A stretch of 64,000 nt of DNA from Mobula hypostoma (GCF_963921235.1 NC_086097.1:218614001-218678000), one strand, 5' to 3'; shown: positions 37,101-50,987, counted from the first letter of the stretch. Made by a program: numbers and translations. The notes: generated by a model not told the origin, from the letters alone.

Positions 37101-40100
37101 ACTGTCCAGATGATCCAGAGATAAGCAAGATGGCATCTACCATAGACCAGTTTTGGTGGTAGGCAAATTGCAGTGGGTCAGGGTTGTCTGGGAGGCTGGA
37201 GTTAAAGGTGTGCCATAACCAGGCTCTCAAAGCACTTCATGATGTACCTGAGACCCATTAAGGCATGTTACCTTGCATGTATTAGTTACAGGGCTGATCG
37301 TGGATTTCTTAAAGTAGATGGGAAATTCAAATTGAAGCAGGGAGAGGTTAAAAGTGCCGCAAATATCCCTGCCAGTTGATCTACACAGGATCTAATGATA
37401 CGGCCAAGGACGCCGCCTGGGTCAGGTGCGTAGGAAACCGACCAGAAACTTTATCAGTTAACTGATGGATCACTGGATATGCAGTCATTGCTATAATTCT
37501 CAATGACTCGTTGGCTTATTGATGATTTGGAGTAGGGGCTTTGAAGAAAACTGGTGTAAGAACATTGCCTGCAGACTTGATGTTCTAAAAAAGCTTCAGG
37601 GAAGGGAAAGAGACATTATGATGCCTAGATCTGAAAAATAAATACGCAAAGTGAGCCATGCTTATGAGAATTAATGATGAACATTCAGAATTAATAGAAT
37701 GGTAACTGAGAAGGCAAAGGAATATTCTGAAGAAGATCAACTTAATTAAAAGATTGCCAAATAATGGACTAAGATTGGTTCTAACAGGGTAAAGTAAAAC
37801 CACATGATACATACAAACAATGTTCTGAAAGGCCAACTATGACCTTCTTTCAGCCATGACTCAGGGGTGTCCACAACATTATACCGACCAATCTCTAACT
37901 GCACCACGAGTTCGTCCAGCGTATTCCGAATATTACGTGCATTTAAGTACTTATTGTTGAGGGGAATGGCCACAGGGGTGAACATAAGAACATACATAAG
38001 AACATAGGGATATAAGAAATAGGAGCAGGAGTAGGCCATCTGGCCCATTGAGCCTGCTTCACCATTCAATAAGATCATGGCTGATCTGGCCATGGACTCA
38101 TCTCCACCTACCTGCCTTTTCCCCATAACCCTTAGTTCCCCTACTAAGCAAAAATCTGTCCAACCTTGTCTTAAATATATTTACTGAAGTAGCCTCCACT
38201 GCTTCATTGGGCAGAGAATTTCACAGATACACCACTCTCTGGGAAAAGCATTTCCTCCCCATCTCCATCCTGAATCTTGAGACTATGTCCGTTAGTTCGA
38301 GTCTCGCCTACCAGTGAAAACAACTTTCCTGCCTCTATCTTATCTATCCCTTTCATAATTTTATTTGTTTCTATAAGATCTCCTCTCTTTCTTCTGAATT
38401 CCAATGAGTACAGTCCCAGGTGACTCAATCTCTCCTCACAGTATAACCCCATGTTCTAACCCCAGAACTGCACGCAGTACCCTGGGTGCGGCCTCACCAG
38501 TACCCTGTACAGTTGCAGCATAATCTTCCTGCTCTTAAACTCAATCCCTCCAGCAATGAAGGCCAACATCCATTTGCTTTCGTGATAGCCTGTTGCACCT
38601 GTAAACCAATCTTTTGTGATTCATGCACAAGCACTCCCCAGTTCTTCTGCACAGAAGCATGCTGCAATTTTTTACCATTTAAATAATAATCTGCTCTTCC
38701 ATTTTTTTCTTCCAAAGTAGATGACCTTGCATTTACCAACATGGTATTCCATCTGCCAGACCCTTGCCCACTCACTTAACCTATCAATATCTCTCTGCCG
38801 ACTCTCTGTATCTTCTGCACAATTTGCTTTCCCACTTAATTTGGTATCATCAGCAAACTTAGATACACTACACTTGGTTCCCTCTTCCAGATTGTTAACG
38901 TATATTGTGAACAGTTGTGGGCCCAGCACCAACCCCTGTGGCACACCGCTCACCACTGATTGCCAACCAGAGTAACACCCATGTATCCCAACTCACTGCT
39001 TTCTATTAGTTAAGCAATCCTCTATCCATGCTAATATGTCACCCCCAACTCTATGCCTCCTCATCTTATGGATAAGTCTTTTATGTGGCACCTTATCAAA
39101 TACCTTCTGGAAATTCAAGTAAATAACTTCCATCTGTTCCCCTCTATCCATTGTACTTGTTATATCCTCAAAGAACTCCAGGAGGTTTGATGAATCCATG
39201 CTGTACTGCCTGATGGAGGCGTTTCTTTCCAGAAGCTCCGCTATTTCTTCTTTAATAACAGCTTCAAGCATTTTCCCAACTACGGATGTTAAACTAACTG
39301 GCCTATAGTTACCTGCCTTTGGCCTACATCCCTTTTTGAACAGCGGTGTGACATTCGCTGTCTTCCGTTCCGCCGGGACCTGACCAGACTCCAGAGAATT
39401 TTGGTAAATCATCACCAAAGCCTCTACTATAACTTCTGCCATTTCTATCAGTACCCTGGGATGCATTCCATCAAGACCAGGGGACTTACCTATCTTTAGG
39501 CCCACAGGTTTGCTCAGCATTTCCTCTTTAGTGATAGCTATTGTATCGAGGTCCTCACCTCCCGTCGCATCCATAACATCTCTCTTTGGCATGTTAGATG
39601 TGTTCTCCTCTGTGAAGACTGACACAAAATAGTCATTCAAAGCCTCGGCCACTTCCTCATTACCCAATATCAATTCCCTCCTCTCATTCTCCAAAGGATC
39701 TACATTCATTTTAGCCACCCTTTTCCGCTTTGTATAATTATAAAAACTTTTACTATCCATTTTTATATTTTGTGCTAGTTTTTTTTCATAATCTATCTTC
39801 CCTTTCTTTATTGCTCACTTAGTGGTTCTTTGTTGCTTTTTAAAGTTTTCCCAATCTTCCAGATTCCCACTACTCTTGGCAACTTTGTGTGCACCAGCTT
39901 TTAGTTTGATGCCTTCTTTTACTTCCTTAGTTATCCAAAGCTGGCTCTCCCCACCCTTACTGTCCTTACTTTTAACTGGAATATACTTCTGTTGTGCACC
40001 ATGAAAAATCACTTTGAAAGTCTTCCACTGTCTGATGTTTTCACTTCCCTCCCCTGATAGTCACTCATTTATCTGTCTCTAGTAGCCTTGGGGTAACTAG

Positions 40101-40142
40101 CTCCTTGCAGCTCTTGCCTATCACCTCTTCACTTTCCTCAAC
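34162..40142 (-). mobile_element. Antisense CR1 with a nested Rex1 fragment (~36830-37430) and a second nested CR1
   Basis: 3' tail at 34165. RT ORFs at 34980-35420. EN motifs GGSDHNMIEF, GIIYRS and YLNARNIRN at 36213-37960. ORF1 pieces at ~37950-37980 and 40030-40142. Confidence 0.8.
37981..40032 (-). mobile_element. CR1 LINE, 5'-truncated, nested
   Basis: (aacataag)n tail. ORFs 38993-39760 (KSPGLDGMHPRVL, NYRPVSLTSVVGKMLE) and 38672-38956 (KFADDTKLSG). Confidence 0.9.
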
Positions 40143-41659
40143 AACAGGCTTAGGTAAGAACCTGCACAGGCTGGAACTTAAACTTGAGAAGTTGGAGCTA
40201 TAATAAGCGTAGGCAGAATGGTGGTTAAGGCAGTGCAGTCCTCCTCCTGTAAGATGTGGCATTGCACGGTACTTAGCGGTCTCCCTGATGACGACATCTG
40301 CGGGAGGTGCACCCAACTTCAGGTCCTGACTGACAAGCTCACGGAACTAGAACTGGAGCTTGATCCTCTGAGGACCATCCGAGAGGCTGAAAACTTCACA
40401 GAGGAGACTTTTACTGAGGTGATCACAGCCAGAGTGCAAGCTTCCGATCAGAGATGGGGGACCATCAGGAGAACTAAAGGGAGTAAGCTGCCAGTGTAGC
40501 GTTCCCTGTGGCTGTTCCCCTCGGCACCAAGTATGCCCCTTTGAGAGGGATGACCATCAGGGTACAGCAGTGGCAGGCAGGTCCATGGCACAGAGGCTGG
40601 CTCTGAGGCTCAGCAAGGAAGGGTAAAGTCAGGCAGAGAAGTAGTGATAGTTAGTGGGCAGACAGGAGATTCTGTGACTGTGAAATAAACACCAGGATGG
40701 TGTGTTGCCTCCCAGATACTGTGGTCAATGATGTCTCAGAGGGATGCAGTAGATTCTTAAGAGGGAGGGTGAGCAGCCGGATGTCATAGTGCAAATTGGT
40801 ACCAATGACATGGGTAGAAAGGGGGAAGACATCCTGCGCTGTGAGTATAAGGAGTTATGGAAGAGGCGGAAAAGCAGAACCTCCGAAGTATTAATCTCTG
40901 GATTGTTCCCAGTGCCACATGCTAGTCAGGGTAGGAACAGGGTGGTAGTACAGATGAATGAGTGGCTGAGGAAATGGAGCAGTGGGGAAGGACTTCAGAT
41001 TTCTGGATCATTGGGATCTCTTTGGGACAGGTATAATCTGTACAAAAAGGACAGGTTACACTTGAACCTCAGGAGGACCAATATCCTTGCAGGCAGGTTT
41101 GCTAAAGCTTTTGAGCAGGGTTTTAAACTAATTTAGCAGGAGGCAGGGAGCCAGAATGAGAGGGCTGAGGAAGGGGCAGTTGGTATACAAGTCGATGCAT
41201 TGTGTATTGAGACAGTGAGGAAGGACAGGCAGATGATAGGGAAAAATTGCACTCAGGGGTTTAAGTTGAAGTGTAAGATGGAGGCAAAATTGAAAAGGGT
41301 GATGAAAACAGGACTGATAGAGTGATATCGGAGTGCAGGCAGTATAGAGAATAAGGTAGATGATCTTGTAGCAGTTAGAGATTGGCGGGTATGACATTGT
41401 GGGTTTCACTAAATAGTGGCTGAAAGAGGATCATAATTGGGAGCTCAGCATCCAAGGATACACACGTTGTATCAAAAGGACAGGCAGGTAGGTACATGGG
41501 CTGTGGTGGCTCTGTTGGTAAAAATATGAAATAAAATCCTTAGGAAGACATGACATAGGATTGCAAGATGTAGAATCTTTATTGGTAGAGTTAAGAGATG
41601 ACAAGGGTAAAAAGACCCTACTGGAAGTTATATACGGTTTGGGATGTGGGATATAAATC

Positions 41660-42855
41660 ACAACCATAAGACCATAAGACATAGGAGCAGAATTAGGCTA
41701 TTCGGACCATCGCGTCTGCTCTACCATTCCATCATGGCTGATTTAATATCCCTATCAACCCCATTCTCCTGCCTTCTCCTCGTGACCTTTGACACCCTGA
41801 CTAACTACAAACTTATCAACCTCTGCTTTAAGTATACGTATGTCTTGGCCTCCATAGCTGTCCATGACAATTAATTCCACAGATTCACCACCCACTGGTT
41901 AAAGAAATTCCTTCTTATCTCTAATCTAAGTGGATGTCCCTATATTTTGAGGCTGTGCCCTCTGGTCCTAAATTCACCAAATATAGGTAACATTCTCTCC
42001 TTATCAACTCTATTTAGGGCTTTAATATGCAATAGATTTCAATGAGACCTCTCCTCATTCTTCTAAATTCCAGCAAGCACATACTCAGGGCCATTAAACG
42101 CTCTTCATATGTTAACCCTTTCAATCCTGGAATCACTCTTCTGAATCTCTTCTAACGGTCTCCAATGCCAGCATATCTCTTTTTAGATAAGGAGCCCAAG
42201 ACTGCTCTCAATACTCCAAGTGTGGTCAGACTAATTCCTTATAGAATCTCAGCATCACATCCTACACTTTCCCTACACGATATTCCTTTGCCCATTCTCC
42301 CAATCTGTGTAAATCTATTTGCAGACTCCCTGCTTCCTTAACAGTACTTACCCCACTATCTATCTCTGTATCAACTGCAAACCTGGCCACAAAACCATTA
42401 ATTCTGTCATCCAAATCATTGGCATATAATGTGAAAAGAAGCAGTCCTAATACCGACCCCTGCGGAACATCACTGATCACCACTAGCCACCCAGAATAGG
42501 CCCCCTTTATTCCAATTTTGCCTTCTGCCAATAAGCAGATCTTTTCTCCATGCTAATATCTTTCCTGTAATAATATAGGCTCTTGTTAAATTGCCTTTTG
42601 TGTGGCCTTCTGAAAATCCAAGTAAACAATATCCACTGACTGTCCATCCTGCTTGTTATTTCCTCAAAGAACATCAACAGATTTGTCAGGCAAAGTTTCG
42701 CCTTAAGCTCATTTCCCTATGCTCATTTTGGTCTACTTTATCATGCACCTCGAAGTACCAACATGCACTCTCACCTCTCTTTTTATAGGTACTGAAAAAC
42801 TTCTGGTATTTTTTAAATTTTATTGGCTAGCTTACCTTCATATTTCATCTTTTCT
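41660..42855 (-). mobile_element. CR1 LINE fragment, nested
   Basis: (accataag)n tail and DVPQGSVLG in ORF 42262-42531. Confidence 0.8.
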
Positions 42856-43434
42856 CAGAAAATGAAGAGTAAAAAGAGATGAGAGTGAATGACGGTGGAG
42901 AGTTAGCTATGGGAATGAATAAATGATGGATAAATGTAATAAATATTTTGCATCAGTTTTCACTGTGGAAAACAGAGTGGCAGAAATTCAAAATTGTCTG
43001 GGTGTAGAAATAATGCAGTTGCTATTACTAAGGAGATGGTTTTTGAGAAGCTGAAAGGTCTGAAGGCAGATAAGTCATCTGGACCAGATGGACTACATCT
43101 CAGGGTTCAAAGAGGCGGCTGAAGAAATCGTGGATGCGATCTTTCAAGAATCATTAGATTCTAGAATGGTTCCCGAGGACTGGAAGATTACGAATTTCAC
43201 TTCACTCTCTAAGAAGAGAGGGAGGTAGATAAATATAATTATAGACCAGTTAACCTGACTTCAATAGTTGGGAAGGTGTTGGAGTCCATTATTAAGGATG
43301 AGATTTTGGGGTACTTGGAGGTGATAATAAAGTATTCTAAAGTCAGCATGATTTTCTCGGGGGAAACCTTGCCTGAAAAATTTGAAATTGGAATTCTTTG
43401 AGTAAATCACAGGCAGAATAGACAAAGGGGAGTC

Positions 43435-43882
43435 TAATGGCTTGTAAAAAGAAACTGTTCTATAGCCCGTTGGCCCTAGATTTAATGCTGCAGTACCATT
43501 TGCCAGATGGAAGCAGCTGAAACAGTTGATAGTTGGGGTGACTGGTGTCCCTGATGATCTTCTAAGCCTTCTTTCTGCACCTGCTGCTGTAAAGGTCCTC
43601 ACTAGAGGAAAGTTCACATCCACAGATGTGCTGGGCTGTCCGTACCACTCTCTGCAGTGCCAACGATCAAGGTTGGTGCAGTTCCCGTACCGGGAGGTGA
43701 TACAGCCAGTCAGGATGCTCTTAGTGGTGCCCCTGTAGAAAGTCTTGAGGATTTGGGGACTCATGCTGAACTTCTTCAGTCGCCTGAGGTGCTGTTGTTT
43801 TTTTTTTACCACAGAGTCCAGGTGAGATCTTTGATGATGTGTATACCGAGGATCTTGAAACTAATCACCCTTTCAACTGCGT
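43435..43882 (-). mobile_element. Rex1/Babar RT 3' fragment nested in a CR1
   Basis: HLRRLKKFSMSPQILKTFYRGTTKSILTGCIT, the typical Rex1 RT C-terminal motif. Confidence 0.8.
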
Positions 43883-45581
43883 TGAGGTTCAGAAAGCAGA
43901 GGTGATGGAGCCCAGATGTTCTTTATTTGGATTTTCAGAAGGCCTTTGTCAGGGTGCCACACTTGAGGCTGCTTAACAAGATAAGAGCCCATGGTACTAC
44001 CGGAAAGATATTACATGGATAGAAAATTGGCTGACTGATAGGAGGCAAAGTAGGAATATAGGAGACCTTTTCTGGTTGGTTGGTGGTGACTAGTGGTGTT
44101 CCCCAGGTTTCAGTATTGTGGCCACTTATTTTCACATTATATGTCAACAAATTGGATAATGAATTGATGGTTTTGTGGCAAAGTTTGCAGATGGTGCAAA
44201 GATAGTAGAGGGGCAGGTAGTATTGAGAAAGCAGGGAGTCTGCAGAAGGACCTTGAGTGGGAGAATGGGCAAAGAAGTGGCAAATGGAATATAATGTAGG
44301 GAAGTGTACCGTCATGTGCTTTGGCAGAAGGAATAAAGACATGGACTATTTTCTAAAATGGATGAAAATTCAAAAGTTAGATCTGGAAAGGGACTTGTAA
44401 GCCCTCGTGCAGGATACCCTGAATGTTAACTTGTAGTCAGAGTCAGTGGTAAGGAAGGCAAGTGCAATGTTCCATTCAGGAATAGAATGTAAAAGCAAGG
44501 ATGTTATGCTGAGGCCTTTGAGGCTTTGGGCAGACCGTACTTGGAGCATAGTGAGCAGTTTTGGGCCCCTTTAAAAAAAAATGTGTGGGCATTGGAGAAG
44601 TCCAGAGGAAGTTCATGAAAAAGATTCTAGGAATGAAAAGGTTAACATATGTGGAGTGTTTGATGGCTCTGAGCCTGTACTCACTGTAGTTTAGAAGAAT
44701 GAGGGGTTTTCTCGTTGAACCGTATTGAATACTGGAAGACTTAGATAGAGTGGATGTGGAGAGGATATTTCCTAAGTGGGTGAGTTTAGTACAGGAGGAC
44801 ACACCACACTACAGAGGGATGTATTTAGAACAGAGATGAGAAGGACTTTCATTAGCCAAAGGGTGGTGAATCTGTGGAATTCATTGCCATCGATGGCTAT
44901 GGAGGCCAAGTCATTGAGTATATTTAAAGCAGAGGTTGATAGATTCTTCATTAGTCAGCATTGCAAAAATGATGGGGAGAAGTGAGGGGAATGGGGTAGA
45001 GAGGGTTAATATTTGAACCATGATAGAATGATGGAGCAGTCTTAATGGGCTGAATGGCCTATTCCTGCTCCAATGCCTTATGGTCTTCCTTTTCAACAAA
45101 TACAATTGATTTCAAAAAGGTTAAATATTTAAAAGAACCAGAGACGGTCCTTCACTCGGAGGGTGATGTGACTGTGGAACAAGCTGCCATTGGAAGAGGT
45201 GGATGCAGGTTTGACTGCAACATTTAAGAGTTTGGATAAGTACATGGACAGGACATCTATAGAGGGCTGTGGTCCAGGTGCGGGTTGATGGGAGTCTGCA
45301 GAACAAAAGTTCAGCATGGACTAAATGGGCCAAAGGGCCCGTTTTTGTGCTGTAGTGCTCTAAATCACAGCTTTGTTTTTATAAATTGCTTTTAGATTGG
45401 AATAAACCAAGAGGTTCATGTAAAAATTATGCAGCACCTAAAAAAAATCATTGAAAAGAGGTTAAATGGTGCCTTGTGCCAAATTTGTTCAAAGCTTACT
45501 GGGTGACAAGATGCCATTGTGCATGATCCTAGTCATTATATGCAATAACCAGTGATTGCATGCATTAATTTATACGTAAGT

Positions 45582-45896
45582 GTGTTGGCGCGTGGCCAAG
45601 TGGTTAAGGCGTTCGTCTAGTGATTTGAAGGTCGCTAGTTCGAGCCTTGACTGAGGCAATGTGTGTGTCCTTGAGCAAGGCACTTAACCACACATTGCTC
45701 TGCGACAACACCAGTGCCAAGCTGTATGGGTCCTAATGCCCTTCCCTTGGACAACATCGGTGGCGCGGAGAGGGGAGACTTGCAGCATGGGCAACTGCTG
45801 GTCTTCCATACAACCTTGCCCAAGCCTAAGCCCTGGAAACCTTCCAAGGCGCAAATCCATGGTCTCAAGAGACTAACGGATGCCTATATAAAAAAA
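45582..45896 (+). mobile_element. tRNA-derived CORE-type SINE, apparently full length
   Basis: A box tggccaagtgg, B box gttcgagcc, CORE-like gtgtccttgagcaaggcacttaacc, A-rich tail. TSD atacgtaagt/atacataagt (45572-45581, 45897-45906). Confidence 0.85.
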
Positions 45897-46058
45897 ATAC
45901 ATAAGTATTTTCTCTATCAGCTTCACCAATGCAATTAGCAGAGATCAGCTAGGTAGCAAATCATAAAATTATACTACCTTTTTAATAACAGTGGATGAGT
46001 CATGTTGTGTGAAATAGCGGTGATGAAATTAATTTTATCTTCTGTTTTGGCCATGTAG

Positions 46059-46182
46059 CAAGACTCCATTCAGTGGGTGTATCATAATATTGAGAGTGGT
46101 CAGGAGGAGCTTCAGAAATTCTGTGTAAAGAGCCCAGCTTCAGGAGGAACTGACACCGTTGTACAAGAAAGATTTAATGAAG
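46059..46182 (+). CDS. PREX2: PREX2 coding exon (post-PDZ linker)
   Basis: ccatgtag acceptor, GTACGT donor. Encodes QDSIQWVYHNIESGQEELQKFCVKSPASGGTDTVVQERFNE(E). 124 bp, phase 0 to phase 1, fitting the next exon. Confidence 0.92.
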
Positions 46183-46214
46183 GTACGTCTCAGTGACATG
46201 CTCATGAAATTATA

Positions 46215-46392
46215 AACAGAAAATACCAGAAATATTCAGCAGGCCAGGCTGCATATAAATAAAGAGAGATAATATTTCAGGTTCTTGACTTTTCATCAGA
46301 ATATTAACTATTTCTATCTTCACAGATGCTGCTTGACGAATGGACTATTTCCAGCCTTGTTCTCATTTCAGGTTTTTAGCACCTGCAGTTTT
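46215..46392. repeat. Penelope terminal-repeat-derived fold-back, degenerate
   Basis: agaaatattcagcaggccaggctgcat is opposed by cacagatgctgcttgac...tatttccagc. The minus strand carries a CTGATGA...GAAA remnant. Confidence 0.6.
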
Positions 46393-46933
46393 CATTGTTG
46401 ATTAGAGATTATCAGAGATCAACACATTACTTACACACAATTCAAAAATGTTGCTTCTTGTTGAAATGTGTTTGAAACTTATTTTACAGCAACCTTGTAA
46501 CTCTGCTCCCTTAGTCCATATTGTTCGCCTTCCACTCATGAATTCAGCCTCATCTGTTTAAAGTTTCCATTGCCCTAATTCAATGATTTTCTTCCCAGAA
46601 AGAGCAATTTTGCAATTAAACCATTAAAAAGTATAATTGAATAATGCAAGTCTGACGTTAAGTCTTCAGGATTTCAATGATTCAAATGAATTCAAATGGA
46701 ATCAGTGTATGCATCAGAATGAATGTTCACAGAATTGGATATATTAATTGATCAAGATTGTATCTTAGTCCATGGTAGAGTTTATACTGCAGCAAATGTA
46801 TTGGAATGCCTTCCGATATTTCTTTCAAGTCATTTATCTATTCCAGATAGAGTACAATTGTATGACACATATGTTAAATAGCCAAATAGCAGTGTCAAGA
46901 TTAAAAATACTTTGTCAGTAGGAAAAGCCCAAG

Positions 46934-47190
46934 GGCACACGGGAGCTTAGCAGCTAGCGCGGAGATATTACAGCCCAGGGTGTTGCAGAGGTTGGAGTTC
47001 AATTCTGCAAGGACTTTGTAAGTTCTCCCAGTGAATTGTGTGGGTTCCCTCCATGTATTCCAGTTTCTAAAGATTTACGAGTTAGTAGGTTAGTTGGTCA
47101 TTGTAAACTGTCCTGTGATTAAGCTAGTGTTAAATCAGTGGGTTGCTGGGCTGGGAGGACCTGTTCTATGGTGCATCTGTAAATAGATAA
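46934..47190 (+). mobile_element. V-SINE-like element
   Basis: ggagttcaattc B-box and ggtcattgtaaactgtcctgtgattaagctag, shared with 6199-6400 and the reverse complement of 53412-53695. Confidence 0.65.
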
Positions 47191-47629
47191 AAATATGCAG
47201 AAAAAAGATATGTTAATAATGTCTGGATTGTTATATCAGAATCACAAGCTTGTAAGTTTCTCTCTTTCCACTCCAAGCACAAAATACTCATTCTAACTAA
47301 ATTAGTAGCAAATATAAATGTGATGCATTTAAAAATTGCTCTTTCTATTATTTTTCATTGCTGTAGTGTAAGTGGAAGAAGGTTATTTTACTCAAATATT
47401 TCAGATCCATACATGGGTGTTTTAGGAGGAGAATAAAAATTATCTGCTTTTGAATGTTTTCATAGCTGAAGACTAATACTATTCCCTTGGTTCCAGTGAA
47501 CATGTCTACTTCAATCCAATTTTTTTTTGTACTTTTGCCTCAAGCCCACTAATGTTAGATTTTTTTTAGAACAAGTGAATCATTCCAGTTAGATCTATTA
47601 AACAGAAAGCTTCATCTAGATTATTATCA

Positions 47630-48060
47630 ACAATCTTGGTCTCCTTTCCTTAGGAAAGATGCACTTACTATAGAGGTAATGCAACCAGGTTGGTTTTGGA
47701 GATGGTGGGACTGTTACCCGAGAAGTGACTGAGGAGTCCAAGCATCTGTTTCCTAGAATTTAGAAGAATGAGTGGCAACATACAAAGCTCTGATATTTGA
47801 AGGATATTTCCCATGGCTATGGAGTTGCAAAATAGGGAGCAGGCCTCTTAGAATTGAAATGAGGAGGAATTTCTTCAGTCACATGCTGATGTATGTTTGG
47901 AGGTCTGTGGTGCCTCAGTTGCAGGTTGCAATGGATTGCTGGATTTCTGGATAGCAGAGAAGTTAAGGTGAATGGGACAGAAACTGGTCATGTTGAATTG
48001 TGAAGCAAACTCAAGGGGCTGAATAGCTTATTCTTGCTTCTTATTCATTTATCTTATAGT
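47630..48060 (+). mobile_element. Degenerate CR1 3' fragment
   Basis: RIEMRRNFFSH motif and a CR1-type 3' end aaggggctgaatagcttattcttgcttc. Confidence 0.6.
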
Positions 48061-49064
48061 TCTCATTTTAAATGCAGAAAAAAGAAAACAATTAGGTATT
48101 GTAATTAGATTGAGAATGATTGATTTTGGGGTAATTTGGAGCCTACCATGTTGGGTATGTATGAAGCATCAGAATTATATTTTTGCATAACTTTTGACAT
48201 GAGGGCATCTGCTTCCAGTTTAAATAGGGCAGGTTTGGGGATTAACATTTTATATGAGGGTCAGGAATATTTAAATGATCATCTAGTCAAGTCAAGTTCA
48301 AGTTTATTGTCATCAAACAATGTTCCTCTGGACCACTATGCACCCACGATTCATATATAACACACAGCAAATAAAACTGATTATTACCACAAATAAATTA
48401 AATAAAAGTATTAAAATATTATTATATATCATAGATAAATGATTATTTTCAGAAATTCCTTTGCCCATAATATCTTACCCCAAAATTGACACCCAATGAT
48501 TTTTAGATATTTCTTTCATCTTTTTCTTTTTTCTTTGATTTCTCTTCCACAATCTCTCCCGCAATCAGTGTTTCACAATCTTTTCCCTCCAAGTCATTAT
48601 TCTTTGATCCATCTCTCTGCCACAAAACACTTGCTATCATTGGCTCCTTCTCTGACTGTGAGCACACAGATTTTATCATGACTTTGAATTTAATGGAATT
48701 CAGCAGAAGTTCCAGAATCAAAAAAACCAGCCAACTTCAAAGTTCAAAGTAAATTTATTATCAGAGTATGTGAATGTTACCATATTCTATCCTGAGATTT
48801 ATTTTCTTGCTGGCGCTCGCAGCAGATCAAGAAATACAATAGAATCAATGAAAAACTACACTAACAAAGAGCAGCAGACTACCATGTACAAAAGAAGCTA
48901 ATCTGCGCAAGTAAATAAAAGCAAAATAAGAATAAATATATAATGCTGAGAACATGAATTTGTAGAGCCCTTGAAAGGAATGTACAATTGGAGTCTTCCT
49001 AGGGGAAAGAGAATCTGCCTCACCCAACAGGAAAATTTTAGTTCATGAACAAGAGTTCCTGTGG

Positions 49065-49980
49065 ATGCTGGAAATCCAGAGCAACACCCACACAATACTG
49101 GAGTGACTGAGCTTCTACGCAAATGAATAAACAATCAATGTTTCCGGCAGAGACCCTGGAAAGGGAGGGGGAAAATGTCAGAATAAGAAGATTGGGGAAG
49201 GGGAAGGAAGACTAGGTGGGTGCGTGAGGGGGGATGATGGGAGGTGATTAGTGGAAAAGGAAAATGTCTGAAGAGGAAGGGATCTGATTGGAGAGAGGAG
49301 AGTGGATCATGGGAGAAAGGGAAGGAGGAAAGGGTGAGGTGATAAGCAGGTGAGAAGAGATAAGAGGCTAGAGTGGGGAAATGAAGAAGAGAGAAGGGGG
49401 AGAGAAAAAATACCAGAAGTTGGAAAAATCGATATTCATGCCATCAATTGAAGGCTACCTAGAAAAAATACGGAGCGTTGCTCCTCCATCCTGAGAGTGG
49501 CCTCATCATGACAGAAGAGGAGGCCAAGGGACCAACATGTCAGGAATGGGGGGGCAGGGATCGAAATGGTTGGCCACCAGGAAATACGGCTTTTAGCAAA
49601 TGGAGCTAAGGTGCTCCACAAAACAGTCCCCCAATCTATGTCGGGTCTCACCAATGTACAGGGGGTCATATTGGGAGCACTGGACACAACAAACACCACC
49701 AACAGATTCACAGGTGAAGTGTTGCCTCCCCTGGAGGACTGTTTGGGGCCCTGATTGGAGATGAGGGAGGAGGTGAATGGGCAGCTGTAGCATTTCTGCC
49801 GATTGCAGGGAAAAGTGGCGAGGGACAAATAGACAAGGGATCGATCTCTGCAGAAAGCAAGGAGTGGGGGGGGGTGGGAGGGCTGGGTAGATAGAGATGT
49901 GTTTGGTGGTAGGGTCCTGTTGAAGATGGCAGAAGTTACGGAGAATGATGTGATCATTGTTCTTGAGCTTGTTCAGCACA
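49065..49980 (-). mobile_element. Penelope-like element, degenerate (GIY-YIG endonuclease region plus terminal repeat)
   Basis: FTCESVGGVCCVQCSQYDPLYIGETRHRLGDCFVEHL is the GIY-YIG motif. LRMEEQRSVFFLGSLQ matches the 18285 element. Confidence 0.85.
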
Positions 49981-50987
49981 TGATGTGTGCTGAATCATGA
50001 ACAAGCATGGCAATCTCCCAACATTCCTATGAGCTCCAGTTTCCAGACAGCTCCCCTCTTTACATACCTCCACTATTATAATCTCCATGTGCCACATCCT
50101 TGAACTCCCCAATTGATAATCTCTAGCGACCATCCATAATATCAAGAAGTCACCTCATAATTTGTCATCTCACATCTCTTGATTAGTAAGGACACCAAAG
50201 GTCACAGAGGAGGCAGGGGAATGGGGTTAAGAGTGATAATATATTAGCCATGATGGGATGGTGGAGAAGACTTAATGGGCTGAACGGTTAATTCTACTGC
50301 TATGTCCTATGGTCTTATAATATTTCCACTTTTTCTCTTTCTGGAATTTATCATCTTCTAGGATCACTTTTCCCATGGTATCTTTTCCTAAACTCCATAT
50401 TGCAATGTACTTTTATTTCTCTGTAGTACAGGCTTCTCTGTAAAATGACATTGTTCAATTTGGCAGCTGCCAGTAGGAAACAGATCTAAACAGCTATAAC
50501 AAGTTCCCACTGTCAAATTCAGCAAGTCTTTTGTGTTCCTGCCATTCCCAAGCTGCCAGGCTATTTGCATCCCATGGGAAATATTATGGCCATTGTATTT
50601 TCAAGAAAACCTTCAATGGTAGAAACACTTCATAACTAAAACACATGAAGTGTCACTTGTACATAAATTAAAGGGTAAAACTGCTAAGTGCAAGTGAGTG
50701 GCTTATTAAGATACATTTAATGTGAAAATATTACAATCCAGAATATAAATTGGTGTAAAACATTGTTTCAATTCTGTCATATCTATAATATCGGTATTGT
50801 GTCTAAATTGTGCGTCTGATTAAATTAGACATGTTTGGCTATTCTTTTTGATGATGGATTTGACTGCAATTCTTACTGACAGAAGTACTTCTGTTTGGTG
50901 TTCACCATATGAACTGCTTTCATGTATAGTTTATATTTATTTAGTTTTATCGGATGTAAGTATGTTACTATATTTCCTTTCCTGCAG

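Larger units (their letters stand above)
34095..45090 (+). mobile_element. Near full-length CR1 broken by nested insertions (pieces ~34095-34160, 40143-41645, 42860-43430, 43895-45090)
   Basis: The 5' UTR is split (gctttggctc | aacaggcttagg; seen contiguous at ~30390-30410). ORF1 has a Cys motif and an SGNH esterase (IGTND, DRLHLN). Then EN, RT and a 3' tail in colinear order. Confidence 0.75.

Noticed and set aside
45582..45655. tRNA-like sequence
   Set aside because: It continues into a CORE domain, tail and TSD, so it is a SINE head rather than a tRNA gene.
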